A stretch of DNA of 61,456 nucleotides, counting the filler, from Choristocarpus tenellus KU-1152 (taxonomy: Eukaryota > Protista > Phaeophyceae), in assembly GCA_964200185.2 (NCBI GenBank). It is 10 parts of 10 records of this genome, joined end to end, with 100 filler letters (N's around TTAATTAATTAA, not from the genome) between each part and the next. Parts side by side here need not be neighbours in the genome. Positions count along the whole stretch, not along the records: positions 24,909 to 43,285 come from CAXNAD020000561.1; 9 more parts are not named here. The stretch is one strand, 5' to 3'. A program made the translations under genes and the position numbers. Shown here piece by piece: positions 25,854 through 39,149 of the stretch. Positions within the stretch are counted from its first letter, which is position 1. Every line of letters begins with the position of its first letter. The notes below the pieces were generated by a model that ran no database searches, was not told the origin of the DNA, and saw only the letters and a program-made list of their open reading frames with translations.

Positions 25854-26028
25854 GACTACTACTACTACTACTAATACTAGTACTTTCACTCCATATCATT
25901 GCTTTATGTGTTCAGTAGTGCACACAAAATTGATTATCCCCCTTTCCACATTCAAAGTGACACCACAATTCAGCAAAGGTTCTTTCTGCGATTATACTAC
26001 TACTGCTACCACTATACTACCACTACTG
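25588..26028. repeat. (CTA)n/(CTG)n microsatellites alternating with a duplicated ~100-bp unit
   Basis: ATCATTGCT.TATGTGT..AAAATTGAT.ATCCCCCTTTCCACA..GACACCACAATTCAGCAAAGG at ~25679 and ~25896, each preceded and followed by CTA-rich tracts. Confidence 0.85.
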
Positions 26029-26156
26029 AGTCAAAGTAAGCGATAGGTGCCAGGGTTGCATTTTAAGGAGGCTGACAAGAAATGTGCTCAAAGAATTTTC
26101 GCCCAAATTTGCACAGGAAAATTCTTCATTCTGTCAAAAATTTTCAAACAACAGAG

Positions 26157-26411
26157 GAGTGAAAGTATCTTAGAAGGTACGAGTTTTGCCCTGTTTGTCC
26201 GTTTGAGGCTTGGCTTCCCATGTTTTTTTTTATGACATTTTCCTACTCCAAGATTTTGGATTAGGTAAAATGTATACATTATGAAGAGGTGTCCAGAACA
26301 AGGATATTGACACTTCCTAACAAAAACGATGTCCAAAATTACATAATAATTACAACATTGGATTGTGACCCCCAAATGGACACGTCTCTACCCTCTAAGA
26401 TACTTTGGCTC
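26157..26411 (-). mobile_element. MITE family A, 4-bp TSD AGAG
   Basis: Ends GAGTGAAAGTATCTTAGAAGGTA and TACCCTCTAAGATACTTTGGCTC, with AGAG on both flanks. Confidence 0.93.
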
Positions 26412-27540
26412 AGAGAAAGCAACACCAATAAGTCAACTTTGCTCTTCATCCATAAAAAATATGGATGAATAGCAAGAGATTAAAATAGTGACTTTTTTAT
26501 CCATAACCTGGGTACCTCTTATTTACTTTGGCTCACAACTACACCACTACTACGGTAACATTTGGTGTGTTATTTGACCCTTTTTTTATGCTCAGAAATT
26601 TTCTAATGGATGTTTCATCTCCAAACCAACCTTCGCTCCTCCTTCATCACATTGTGTACAAATTACAAATTACACGTGATCATCCATGCACCATCCAGTC
26701 CAACATCCTCTCGGCTCCTTCCATTGCCATCGTCCATAAAATGTAGATTTGATCTTTCTTCAAAGGAGGGATTGCTTTAGGAAGACTTTCCAATGAGAGC
26801 AAGCAATGCGAAACTCTACATCCATCCAGTGCTTGTTTACCATTGCATTTTTCAATTCAGCCACTGTCTACGTACTCAAGACTATAGTACTTTCTTAAAT
26901 GTTATGATATTTATGCCAGTTGTCTAGAAATTCGTACTCCAGAAATTGTGAGTGTTGGATGAAGAGTGAGTGGTGTCATCACTGCAGTTCGATGCGTAAC
27001 AACAACTGATGCGATGAAGCTGTGGTATTCCTGCCGTGTGTTATTTGCTTTGTTTGTCTGCCCATCATGCCATGCAATTTCAACTACTACTACTGTCGTC
27101 ATTCAATCCCCATCTCTTCTTGTCCTCTCCTGTCCTTAATCAATATTCTTAAAGGCAATCAGTTGTTGTAAAACCCACCCCTTCCTTGCAGTCAGCAGTG
27201 CTGCAATGAACTGCTTTCCCCAAAAGACATTCTCCGCCACTATATCAAATCGTAGAAGCCACATCAATAGTGTGTTCTTTACCATAGTTTGCCTATATTC
27301 AACATCCATCCATAGTCATAACCTATGACAACGCTCCAAGTACAGCAAAATCCTATACATTCATGCTGACCACGGAAACAGCCCCATTCCCTTGCGCAGT
27401 GCTTCATTGTCAAGCACCGGGTGCCTGGGCACTCTCGTGACCTGGCTGAATATTATTTTCGGTTTTGGTACGAAAGCTCCTCCCACACAAGCCTGTAGGC
27501 CCACCGACTGTCCTGTGTGAGCCCCCACCCCCCCACTGGC

Positions 27541-30500
27541 CTATGTCACCTTTTCAGGTGCGCCAAATGGCATACAATTAAGCCAATCTCTCTCCTTTCC
27601 ACTACCTCTCCTGCCTCCGCCACCATTTTGTCTCCTCTCACGTAAGGTCTTGTATGAATTGGAATGGGGACTAAGGATAGATTGATTGTTGCTATCTTTC
27701 TCGCTGGTGCTCACTGCTCCACTTCCACCATTCATGTTGGGGTCACATGCACGACATGCAACTAGCCCAGGCGGATGATCCATGGCTGCAGTAGTAATGG
27801 CACTAGGGTCGAGGGAGGGGGTAGCATGGATGCAGAGTTGTCCCATATCTGATAATCTTGTGAAATCCCTTGCATGACAGCAACACCAGCTTCTGGCATT
27901 CATACCATCTTCTTCATGACTTTGCTGCAATTCCTGAGAAACCCTGCCCAGCTTGAGAGGTGTTGCCTCTTTAGAGTTGGGATCAGCTGTCATTATTCTC
28001 ACCGGTGCAGCATGAGTGTCATCTTGTTCATCCAGTCCAACAGCAGCATCAGCTTCACTTCCATAGCGACTCTCAAGGGACTCCCGGAGGCTCCTCACCT
28101 CTCTTTGAAGATCCCTCTCAATCATCACGTTATTGTCATTGCAATCTTCCTTGCCCCATACCTCAGCCCACCAGCGAGTCAGATTAAATACTCCCCCACC
28201 AGCTCCAATGCCACACACATTTTCCCCAGTTTGTCCTCCCCTGGGGTCATCGATTGTTTTGTGCCTACACTTGCCGTCCTCCTGACCACCGGAAGAGACA
28301 ACCCTCAGAAGTAGAGAGGAGAGCTGATCGATGGTGTCCCTCGCCCCTTCAAGCTCTTCCCGCATGTCTGCCATCTTGGTCGAAATCACTGACACGTCTG
28401 AGACATACTTTTCTTCCCAGGAGGTATGCCCATCATTCTCTTTACCGATCCCTACCCATTCCTCGCCCCCCTCCTGATTGCTCTCCTTTTCTTCTATCCC
28501 TGTTTCATTTGACCCTTTCTCTTCCTCATTTCCCTTCTCTCCAGAAGTAGAAGCATGGCCCTCAAGGACAACCCCATGAAGGGTGGTCTTGGGTGTTGTC
28601 AATCCTTCCTCCAGCTTGGCACTCCCAAATTGCAGTCCTGCGTTTTCAGGATCTGAATGCTCACCTAGCAGCTGCTGCGGGGTACCTACTCTGTTCACTC
28701 CCATGTCATCAGTCTCCTCCTCGATTCCCTGTTTACCCTCAGAAACTTCCTCAGATGATGAATCAGCTAGCAATTCCCTCTCAGATGAAACAGTTGAAGG
28801 AGATAACGACTCCTTCTGCACTTGCATTGTGTCCTTCTCAATCTTCTTGAGACTATTCAAGTCATGACGAGAGCGTGAAGACATTGGAGAGCAGGAAAAT
28901 GGAAGGTACTATGAAATTGATGTAAAGGGAGGGAATCGCGTTCAAGAAAAAAGTCTGAACGTCATGTCTATTTATGCAGGTATATTTGATGCAGTCGGAT
29001 GATGTATGACTGCCCCATACAATTATCTGAACTGAGAAAAGGAAGTTCCTCCTGTCCGATCCAGGGTGCTCAAAACATACATAGATACAATCTGGAGTAC
29101 ATACATACCTGATCGAAATGCTCTGTAAATGCATTTGACTTACATTTTGTCAGAGGAATCATGACAATGAACCCATGTGGGTGGGACAGGTTGCATGATG
29201 GGGCTCAAACACCTGTTTTCACAGTGTTTGTCGGGATATCATTTCTATTTGTATTCTGCACCACATAGTCCGAAAAAGGAGATTCACACAATGCGCAAGT
29301 GTGGATATAGTAGTTGTTCCTGTGGAGCCAAAGTATCTTAGAGGGTAGGGCCGCGTCCATTCGGGGGTCAAAATCCAATGTTGCAATTTTTATGTAATTT
29401 TGGTTATCGTGTTTGTTAGGAAGTGTCTATATCCTTGTTCCAGACACACTTTTTCATAACGTACACATTTTACCTACTCCGAAATAATGTTGGAGAGGAA
29501 GATGCCATAAAAAAAAACATAGGAAGCCAAGCCCCAAATGGACAAATAGGGTAAAACTCGTACCCTCTAAGATGCTTTCACTCTGTGGTCCTTGTTTTTG
29601 GCAAACATTGCCAAACTATTGATGCTGTATAGGGACCAATGACAAAAAGACAAGCGATGTCTTTCCATATAACTTCTCTGCCCCTTCTTGGTGATCACCC
29701 TGGACCGACTCCCTTGACACTAGTGTGCCTTGACCAGCACTCTCTGATCGTGACAATCAGTTCTTTCCCTGTTCGTCAGTACTTTTTGAGTCAGCAAAGC
29801 AATGCCCATAATCACTAGAAGAAACCTAGGAAGAACGTTAATACTAGTACTTTGTAACTGTTGGACGATAATATGCTAATGTAACAGAAAAACTCAAAGT
29901 ATGTAGGCACAAGTGCACTCAGTCTGCAATCGAGTAAAATTATATGTACTATTGATATCTCAGTCTATGCACAAAGTCTGTCCAAGTCAAGAGTGAAAGC
30001 ATCTTAGAGGTTAGGAATTTTTCCCTGTTTGTCCATTAGGGGCGTGGCTTCCCACAGGTTTTTTAGGACATTTTACCTACTCCGAAACATTTCGGAGTAG
30101 GTAAAATGTAGATGTTATGAAAAGTTGTGTCTGGAACAAGGATATTGACACTTCCTTACAAACATGATAGTCAAAATTGCATCAAAATTTCAACATTTGA
30201 TTTTGGTCGCCAAACGGACGCGACTCTACCCTCCAAGATACTTTGACTCCAACTTATCTCATGCAGGATGGCCTAAGACCTTTGGCACTTCTACCCTCTT
30301 TTGCTGTAGAAATAGATTCCCTGAATACTTACAACTAGGCTATGTGTTACTTGGCTGCATTTCCCCCTATTTGGCTCTATCAAGTAGCACCCTTTCTTTG
30401 TCATAACACTTACTGGGTGGTTGGGACTTTAGAACGGTCATAGTCCACTCAACTAGCCATAGCATGAGTTGGAGTCGGCCCAAAGCATTTAAGAGAGCTG

Positions 30501-33500
30501 TGCCCTGTTTGTCCATTCGGGGCTTGGCTTCCCACGGTTTTTTATGAACTTTTTCAGTTTTCTGTGTGAACACAGTTACCTAAAATGTTTAAGACTATGA
30601 AAGGTGTGTCCGGAGCAAGGGTATTTAACTTGCTAACAAACATGATGGCCAAAATTAATCAAAATTGCAGCATTGGATTTATGACCCCAAACAGACGTGG
30701 CCCTACCCTTTTAAATGTTTTGGCTCAGTCATTGCAACACCAGAAAAGGGAAAAATGATGGAGAGGTGCTGGTAAGCTACTCCATGGTCATATGGACCTC
30801 TTCTTGGCACCGGAAAAGTCAGATATATGTTCCAATATTTCCAATACCAGTTGCAGGTGTCACCTCCACCACCATGTATCACCTTGTGTTGGTACTGGCT
30901 GACTGATCTAATACCTTCACATGGTGCAGGGTCACATGATGAAGTGCTGAAGTGCCTCCATTCGCAGCAAAGTTAATTCTTCGAAAATATGGCAAAGGCT
31001 ACTCCTGAGTTCAAACTGCTCCACACTGCTTGGAGTACTTACTACTCTACCAATTAATCTGGAAGATATCATTCAAAAACTGCACCATCTAATAGCATCT
31101 CCATATTATTCTTGCACACCTGGACTGCCATTCAAGGTTCAGATTCCCCCTTGCCAGCTGCAGTGCTATTTCCACCTTCTTATGCCCTTCAGTAAGCACT
31201 TCAGGTTGATAGTCTCCCGAGTTTGGGACAGAGGTTTGACTATCTTGTCCCCATTTCCCCTCCTCCCTTGAGCGACCATATGCATTCACCAGAGGATCGA
31301 CTGAAGGGGGGTTAGGAGGCATTATGGTCTGATTCCCTTGAAGCTTTTCAATCTGAGAAAGAAAAAAAAACACGCAGTAGGTAGTTTGAAGGCCCAAGAG
31401 TGTGAATGAGCTTGGTGCCAGTCGGCATATGAAAGACCATAGCACAAGCCAACGAGTTTGACATCAGATATTCACAGATCACTAGCATTGATAGACAGGT
31501 CGCTAAAGGGCCTTGTCAGGTTTCCTGGTTGGTTAGTGTACTGTATGTTGTATCAATCAATGGAGCACCCTGCATTCCTGCTACATGGAACTCTAACCCC
31601 AACCCCTGCACCACTTCTTGCATGGCAGCAAGAACAATTTAAGGGGGTATTGCTTCAGCTCGCTATTTTTTTTTTGAGCTTAGAGGTTAAGCATAACGTA
31701 CTGAGGGACAGTTGGGATGAATAAAGGACTGGATTGCTGAGTCTTCTGCATTGGCTAGAGGATGATATGTTGAAAGGGTGGTTTCTCATTTCTGTGAGCA
31801 ATCATCTGTACATTTGGAAGGCCAGGAAAGATGCAGATTACAGTGAGCAGTCCCATTAGGTACACTTCATCAACGCAAACCTGGGGAGATTTGTTGTACT
31901 AGGGACAACAGATGATCAGTTTGCAAGAGTGAACGTCTGGCATACTTCGTAGAGCTTTGGTGCGCGCCAAAGTTTTGTCTCGCAGACCATTTTGAGGCTG
32001 AGTGTTACAAAGACACTATGCGGTCATCTGGAAATCTAACACAGAGCAGAGGTCAGATAAATTCATCACACTTGAAGACTCTAAAACACAGAAAAAAGCA
32101 TTTGAAAATCAAATACTTAAAAAAAAAACTATACACAAACAGAGAATGTACTGAAAACTGCCAAAGTAAAGTGGTAAAATAGATGACCCTAAAGCTGCAA
32201 ATCTCCTCAATTTGTATAATGCCTCGCAGAGTGAAATGACATTTCAGAGGACGCAAAATAATTGGTTGCATGCTGTGCCTCAGGAGAGGAGATCAGCATA
32301 ATCTTCGAGCAGGGTACACAGATACTTTATGTCATATCTCCTTTAGGCACCAGGACTCTCGAGTAGTGCCAACAAATTTGAAGTCTTCAGTGGATGGAAA
32401 TGGATATAATTTGTACAAAGAAGCAGGGATGTAAATCAACACCACTATTGCTGTGAGCATCAAGGTTTGAGCAATTCTTGAAGAGTCAGAGAAGGAAGAA
32501 AAGCCCACCCACCAGTGTGCGAAGGGACACCTCCCGCCCAGCTGCTTCTTCCAGGAGGAGTTGTAATCGCCTCACTTCTTCTCTTCGAGTTGCTTGTGGG
32601 CTTGTTGCCACACTTGGGCAATTGCGCACCCGCCGGGCCTGGGCCCCAAAACGGAGAGTTGACAGGGTCTCCACTGCACATGCTGCTAAAGGGCTACAAG
32701 TGAGGATGAGGGATGTCTTACTATTACCCCCAAGGGACTCCTGGAGCAACCGTGTGAGCTTGGAGTCCCTATCAATACCGTGAGAATGAGGCCAGAGGAA
32801 GTGCATTTAATTTTCTGGTGCTTGGACACTGGCTCTCATCGTCTCATGTGCATTTACACTTTGTGGCATCAAAGATGATACCCTTGGAGGTTTGGTGGAT
32901 GGATTTACATGGAAGGTGGAGATTTTAATATCTGTACTATTAAGAGTGAAAGCATCTTAGAGGGTACGAGTTTTGCCCTGTTTGTCCGTTTGGGGCTTGG
33001 CTTCCCACGGTTTTTTTTATGAGATTTGTCCAACCTCGAAGTTTTGGAGTAGGAAAAATGTGTATGTTACGAAAAGGTGTGTCCGGAACAAAGATGTTGA
33101 CACTTCCTAACAAACACGATAGCCAAAATTCCATCAAAATCGGAAAATTGGATTTTGGCCCCCAAACGGACGTGGCTCTACCCTCAAGATACTTTGACTC
33201 TAGTATTAATACTGCCATAGATGTGGAGCATAAATATGTTTAGTGGGTGTGACCTTGCCGTTCAATGGTTCGACTGGGTGGTACAAAAATCCTGACATAG
33301 TTACACATTGGAAGCCAATCAGTCACAATGAATCCCTCAAATCGGTCACTACCCTGGTATCCTACCTGTAAGGAACATGCTTTTTCCCTCTTGCAAGTGC
33401 CTTGATAACATTACCAAGAGCACTGAGGCTAAGGTTTATGCTGTTTCCCTCAGTGAGAATATCTCCACAGGCATTTGACCTTGCAGTTTCATCAGAGTAT

Positions 33501-36500
33501 GGTTGTCACGAGGTGGCTTACATGACAAAGAATTCAAGTCAAAAGGAACTCATCAACATGAAGAAGGGAGAGTCACTGTGTCAAAAATAATGGAATACAG
33601 TCACACCAGAAGTACATTTACTGCACGAATGATACTCTTATCATTGTCTGGGAAAGCTGTTACTGAGTGTTTCTACTATGTTGCAACATTGGTAAACAAT
33701 GTCCTGGTACTGATAAATTGTCGAGCATGTTTATTCATCCACCTCCTTGCGATTCTAAAATCCCCACATACCCTTGTCCAATTAAGTTGTACTCCAGTGG
33801 GAAATTCGATGTTGACGAATTTAGAAAACTCACAATATACACCTTGTGATTCGTGTGGAGAGACGGTCCCAGAGACTTTGCTAAATTGAGCTCAGAGGTC
33901 ATCTTAGCTTGATACTCTCCCATCGGCTGTTACTAATCCTTCAACAAGTCATATATAACACCCTTGCAGAAGCACAATTGTATTTCCCCTAAACAAGCCT
34001 GCTTTCCGATGCCATTCCTCATTCCTATTGTAGCCCCATCTATCTCTCACCTGCCCACAGCTTCACTTCCAGCAAGGTCAACAAGATTCATCCTGCTTCC
34101 AGTGTCGTGGAAGGCACTGTCCTTGTTACCTTTTCTTCGTTGAGACAAAGATATTCCATCCCCACTCTCCTCCAAGTCACCCAATTGGTGCTCAGGGCAG
34201 ATGGACAGAGTTAGTATTGTGTGACTTCTCGAGGAATCAGGGTTCATTGAGGTAGCTGCAACCGATCGCCGCTTTCCACCCAACCTCACCAAAAGCATCA
34301 GGTCCTCCTTTGTCAACACAGCCAACTGATGCAATGAGGCAGTTGGTGAGATATTGGTAAAGAAAGATGAGAAGAAGTGGACATAATCAAGGAGGAGAAC
34401 AAGCAGATATCAAGGGTGTGACCAGGTGTGGAAGGTAGAGGAGGGGGTAATGTGGTGGTTAGGAGCGGCAAAGGGGAGGAATAATGGAGGCCGTAAGCAC
34501 AGAATATGTAGATTGTTGTCAATTATGTGAAGCAGCTGTATACCTACAAAAATGCCTTTCAGGGACTGGGTCAGAAGGTTGTGTAGGCTAAACTTAGAAA
34601 ACTATTCATGGTGTAGAGACAGGGATACAAGACCTCCAAGAGCCCCTCCTGGGTTATTGATGAAACACTATGGTCATTTACGTCTGTAAGGGCTTGAAAC
34701 AGGGGACTGTGTTGATAGGTGCCTATGCTCATTCGATGAATGGCTACTTCAACCAATGCCCAGACTAGATTTCAAATCGGCCTCAAGACTCAACTTGGCC
34801 TGCCACACCACCATAGTCATTTATTTTACTTACATTGAACCTACAGGTTATTAACACATACATGAACAGGTATTTTGAGTGAGGCACACTTAGCGATCGC
34901 TGGTTTTCACAAGCAGCACTATATTTCAATGTTGACACAAACTGAAGATGTCAGCTCAGTGAATCGACAACTTGTAAGATTGTATACTCAAAACTTCAAC
35001 TAAGAGTATAATCTTTGAGAGGAAGGCTAATTGGAATTAGTTGAAGATCTCAACACAGGGGAAGAAGCAGTCTTGTCATGGCTTTGAATTTTCTATGCCT
35101 TTGTCTGGCCGCATCTCATTCTTACCTGTGATTACAATATGTAACTGGACATGGTGTCAAGGAATGAAGGCAATCCAGGAAAAGTGCACACACCTTACAT
35201 GAACCCTCCACAAATACTCCTTGGGTTGCATCCTCTCGGATGCGAAGGCCGATTTTGGAAGGGGCCTCAGAACAGAGAAGATCTCGAATGACTTCTTTGT
35301 AGATCTCCAGAAACTGATATGTTTCGGTTTCGTTTTGTAGGATTAGGTGCATGAAGACCAATTTGAAGCTATTTTTAGGAGTAAGCCAATCATTTAATCT
35401 TCTCTACTGAGTGCACTTCAACTTTTTGTGCTACGTTCCTGAGCTCTCAGAAGATGATGTGATGGGTGTTGTTGCGGTTTGTCAGTGAACGCTGTGTCCT
35501 AGAGAAAGAAGTTTCTAAACTATGCTATGCTTTTTTTAATCCCCAATTTCTTGTCCTGTTGTGATGGAACTACAGCGTTCAACAAATTTCTGAAGCTCCT
35601 CATTTCGGTACGTTGAAATGGTTCTGGAGGACCGTTGATGGGATTTTGCAAGAGAGTGGTCAATGGGTTTCAATGCAAGAACACTCTCGACCTCAACACC
35701 TCTGACGAGGTAGAAGAAGGGGGAACGGTGGACCCGTGTGATCATCAAACATGTGGTACCACGATAGAATCTCGAGAAAGAGGATTTCCACCACTCAAAC
35801 ACAGATCATTGAACGAGGTCTTGGCCTATGGCAAGTCGCAGTCGTAATAGTAATTCATCCGTGTCTCTGTGTAGATAATTCGAAGCATGGATTGGAAGCC
35901 AATGTCTGTCGTAACATCAAAGACAAGACTCCCTGCCTTTCACTTCACTTGAACAAGCCGATAGAAGGCACTCTGCACCAGTACATTTGCTGAAAGGAGA
36001 AATAGACAGGAACGAAGGGGGGGCGAACCGGAAGAGAGGAGTTTCTCGAACCAACCTGCACGAAAACAGTAGGGTTGTGACCCAGATCCGTGGCAGCTTG
36101 GTCGAAGATTTGATCGACGACACGGGGAATTATTCCTGCCTCCGTATCTACCCCCCCGCCCCCTGGCCCCATCATGGTGTACGTTTTACCTGAACCAGTC
36201 TGCCCGTAGGCAAAGACAGTGCTGCAAATGAAAGACGAAAGGTAGGGTGTTCGGGAGGGAGAGTTGGTCAACCTCATCATGACCAGAGACCTACCGTAGA
36301 CTAAAGAATGAAGCACAACACATTTGAAATGGCATCCAATCTCCTACAAGACCATTTTCCCGTGTCCTCTCTTCTCTTTGAAATGAACTCGCATCCCTTT
36401 CACGTACCAATTATAGCCAGCGAGGAGCTCGTGGACAAGGGGCCTGGCGGCTATCTCGTACACCGTTTCCTGTGAATCATCTCCTTTGAAAACCCGGTCG

Positions 36501-36712
36501 AAGCAGAAATCTCTTGCTGTGTCCTCTTTTTGTCGCCTATCCCTCGTCCTGACTCTCACCGTGAAATCATTATCCTGATGAAACGTGTCGACGCACACGG
36601 CTCCATCGTCTACGAGGGATCTCAAGCGGCACATAACGCGGATGCCATCGCTATGCCGGGCATTAGTTTCACCCGAAGACGAAGAGCTGACAGATGGACG
36701 ACGAAGTGGCAT
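27541..36712 (-). CDS. N-terminal-motor kinesin (kinesin-1-like motor), 8 exons: 36712-36408, 36221-36056, 35313-35194, 34325-34051, 33479-33366, 32768-32513, 31352-31120, 28852-27541 (2781 nt, 926 aa)
   Basis: Motifs FCFDRVF, P-loop [15 protein letters not shown], switch I NPDSSRSH, switch [40 protein letters not shown] and ETLSTLRFG. All introns are GT-AG and phase-compatible. The last two exons are less certain than the motor exons. Confidence 0.93.
29325..29583 (+). mobile_element. MITE family A in a kinesin intron, 4-bp TSD TGTG
   Basis: Ends GAGCCAAAGTATCTTAGAGGGTA and TACCCTCTAAGATGCTTTCACTC, with TGTG flanks. Confidence 0.93.
29991..30249 (-). mobile_element. MITE family A in a kinesin intron, apparent 3-bp TSD CAA
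   Basis: Ends GAGTGAAAGCATCTTAGAGG and CCCTCCAAGATACTTTGACTC, with CAA flanks. Confidence 0.92.
30490..30726 (-). mobile_element. MITE family A, degenerate/truncated copy
   Basis: Body homologous to the other copies (GCCCTGTTTGTCCATT..GGCTTGGCTTCCCAC..TTTGGCTC). One TIR is eroded. Confidence 0.8.
32944..33200 (-). mobile_element. MITE family A in a kinesin intron
   Basis: Ends GAGTGAAAGCATCTTAGAGGGTA and TACCCTCAAGATACTTTGACTC. Flanks TAA/TAG. Confidence 0.92.
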
Positions 36713-37179
36713 TGCCTTGATATCTGCGGTGTCGTTATTGAAAATTTATTGTTGATTCACGTGTACATAGCTGCCCTTGGGAAAGAAGGGAGGCTTCATG
36801 TGATCTTGACATATCGACGTTGTACGAACCTTATGGCAGTTTCACGGTGTTTGTAAATGTTGACCAATCAAAACAATAGGTGTTCCTCGTCCTTCTGGCC
36901 ACAAGAAATTGGAAATCAGATGGGGGGGGGTTGTATTTTTTTTATGGATTCCCCACTTTAAAAAATGTGAGCTTCAGGACATCCATTTTTGGACAAGAAA
37001 TAAGTCCGTGCCCTAATTTGTTCACGTACTTAATGACAAGTCCGGACTCTGTGGGGCAAAAAACAACAGGATCAACATCTGCTGACATATACAGACCAGA
37101 TCCACCAAGTGTTGGAACCTGCCCAGACCGCCAGTGGGACGGGTTCAAAAATGTTCTTATGGCGTGTCCAAACCAAATA

Positions 37180-37790
37180 TGACGTTCCAGAGTCCAGCAT
37201 TTCCGTAAGATTGTATTGGTAGTGTACAACCAGGAAGATGTGCCGCAGGTTTGGAAGGATACAATCGTCAAATTGCTCCACAAGAAATAGTATCAGACGG
37301 ATTGTGATTACTGCCGAGGGGCATCTTATTAGTGGCACATGCAGCCAAAGTGCATCTTCTTAAGGTTGTACGATCATTAGGAGCTTACCTGGACCGGGAA
37401 AATATACTCCATGAGGAACAGTGTGGTCTCCGGCTCCAACACTTACAATGGACATGACATGTGTACACCATATGTGTTTTCCAGGACAGGAGGTCAGCTG
37501 GAGAAGAAAGCACATACCCCGCTACGGGGACCTGTTCAAGTGTTTGTTGACCCACTGAAAGTATATGGATTACTTTGTTTCTACCGGTCTCATGCGGGTT
37601 GTGCTTGTCAAATTTGGAGTGTGAGTGTGACGATCTCGATTATCTGTTACTTCCGTGACGGAATGAGGACCAGTGTACAGATGAATGATGGAAAGTGAAC
37701 GTATTGGTTTGAGGTAGGACGTGGCCTTTGGCATGGTAGGGTGTTTTCTTACCCCAATCCTCTTGAACATCTGTTTCACCGTAACGCTAA
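37180..37790 (+). mobile_element. Decayed RTE-type LINE reverse transcriptase fragment
   Basis: Frameshifted segments EDVPQVWKDTIVKLLHKK, LVAHAAKV, ILHEEQCGLR, FRDGMRTSV..WFEVGRGL and CFLTPILLNICF match non-LTR RT motifs (VPQxWKDA, QCGFRP, GLRQGCxLSPxLFN). Confidence 0.85.
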
Positions 37791-38149
37791 ACATAGGAGT
37801 TAGGAATTCCCCCCTCATAATACACCAAGCACAATGACCTCTCTCTTTGCAACATAGACTACGCATTTTACTCGAAAGTACCATGCACTCGATTCAGACA
37901 TGCGATGAGTGGTGTGTTCTTGGACTGGTTGGACCCACCCTGATTTTTTTTTTTCTCCCTTCCCATGGGATCTGGCAAAGTGTGACAACACAAATGACGC
38001 CCTATTCTTGTAAGTATTAGGCGTTTGTGTACTCAACTGAATTCTTTCTCTTGTTTTTTTTTCTCAATGTAGCGCTGCCTTTTCTTCTCTACTATAAGTG
38101 TTAGATATGTTTTATTAAACAGCGTGTATTGCCTTGTCCCGACTACCAG

Positions 38150-39118
38150 CCGACCGCAGGTCTGGGACTTGTCAGACCATGGAACATTAAAATATGTTGT
38201 CATGAGGATGAAGAGCCAGCGATTGATGTACCAGATGTATGGACTCATTGGTGTCCAGTGGTTTGTGTTAGGTTCTAAAGATACTTGTCATACTGAAGAC
38301 AAGTAAGTATGTGATTCATAGTAAGTTAGTATGGACGATTGCACACCCTACACTATAGGAAGAGTAATGGGTGCCACCAGTTGTGAGCCTCATCAGCGCA
38401 GTCAATGGGACTGAGACCATAAGACCTTATAACACTAACAGCATAGATTCACACCAACCCACATTGTCCTCTACCAAGGCACACGATTGGTCGTCTTAGG
38501 TGTGGGTCCAGTGTGTAATACTTCAACAGATTGCACAAGTTATGAATAAGTGGAGATGGTCCAAAAAGATGAAAGGGAACTCTTTGCCCGCAAACGGTCA
38601 GGCCAATTGAGAGGTAGGCAGGACCGTATTTCAAGGATCCCAAGAACGTGCAAAAGGTCATCATTTTGTACAAGTGCAGAAAGAGCATTTGCTTAATTGT
38701 GGTGTCACTTTGCTTGTGGAATGAGGGATTTTCAATTTGCGTACACTATTGTGCTCATAAAGGATGAAATAGAGTGTATTGCACAGGGTAAGAAAGATGA
38801 CTTAGAGTGCAAAAGGGTCCAAACCTGCCTCACTTAGTTGACTCAAAAGTAATTAATTTGTCGTGCAGCCAACCGCATCTTATCTGGACTCCGCATATTG
38901 AACAATATCTTCACCTACCTGCTATTGACATGTTTCTTGGGTCTGTCTCTGCTTGAATTGTGAGCAAGCCATTAGGTATATCTTATGTATATATCGTAGT
39001 GTGCAGAAAGATCAATTACTTGGAACACTACAGCAACAGCTAAGGTCGTCAAAGTCACCACCACCAACATCACCACCATCATCTGAGATAGAGCTACAAT
39101 TGTTTACTGGGCGGCATG
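38150..39118 (+). CDS. Possible exons (38150-38302, 39000-39118) of an unknown gene divergent from the kinesin
   Basis: Open frames with AG acceptors and GTAAGT/GTATGA donors in compatible phase (..HTED-N-VQKDQLL..). No homology recognised. Confidence 0.3.
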
Positions 39119-39149
39119 GTATGACCACAAAGAAAAACTTTATATTTCT

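Noticed and set aside
25675-26046. Poly-Ser/Val/Tyr/Thr ORFs
   Set aside because: They are translations of CTA/CTG microsatellites.
26680-26870. Possible Copia RT relic (minus strand; VAELKNA, KQA, VH.DD-like)
   Set aside because: Too degraded and frameshifted to support without a profile search.
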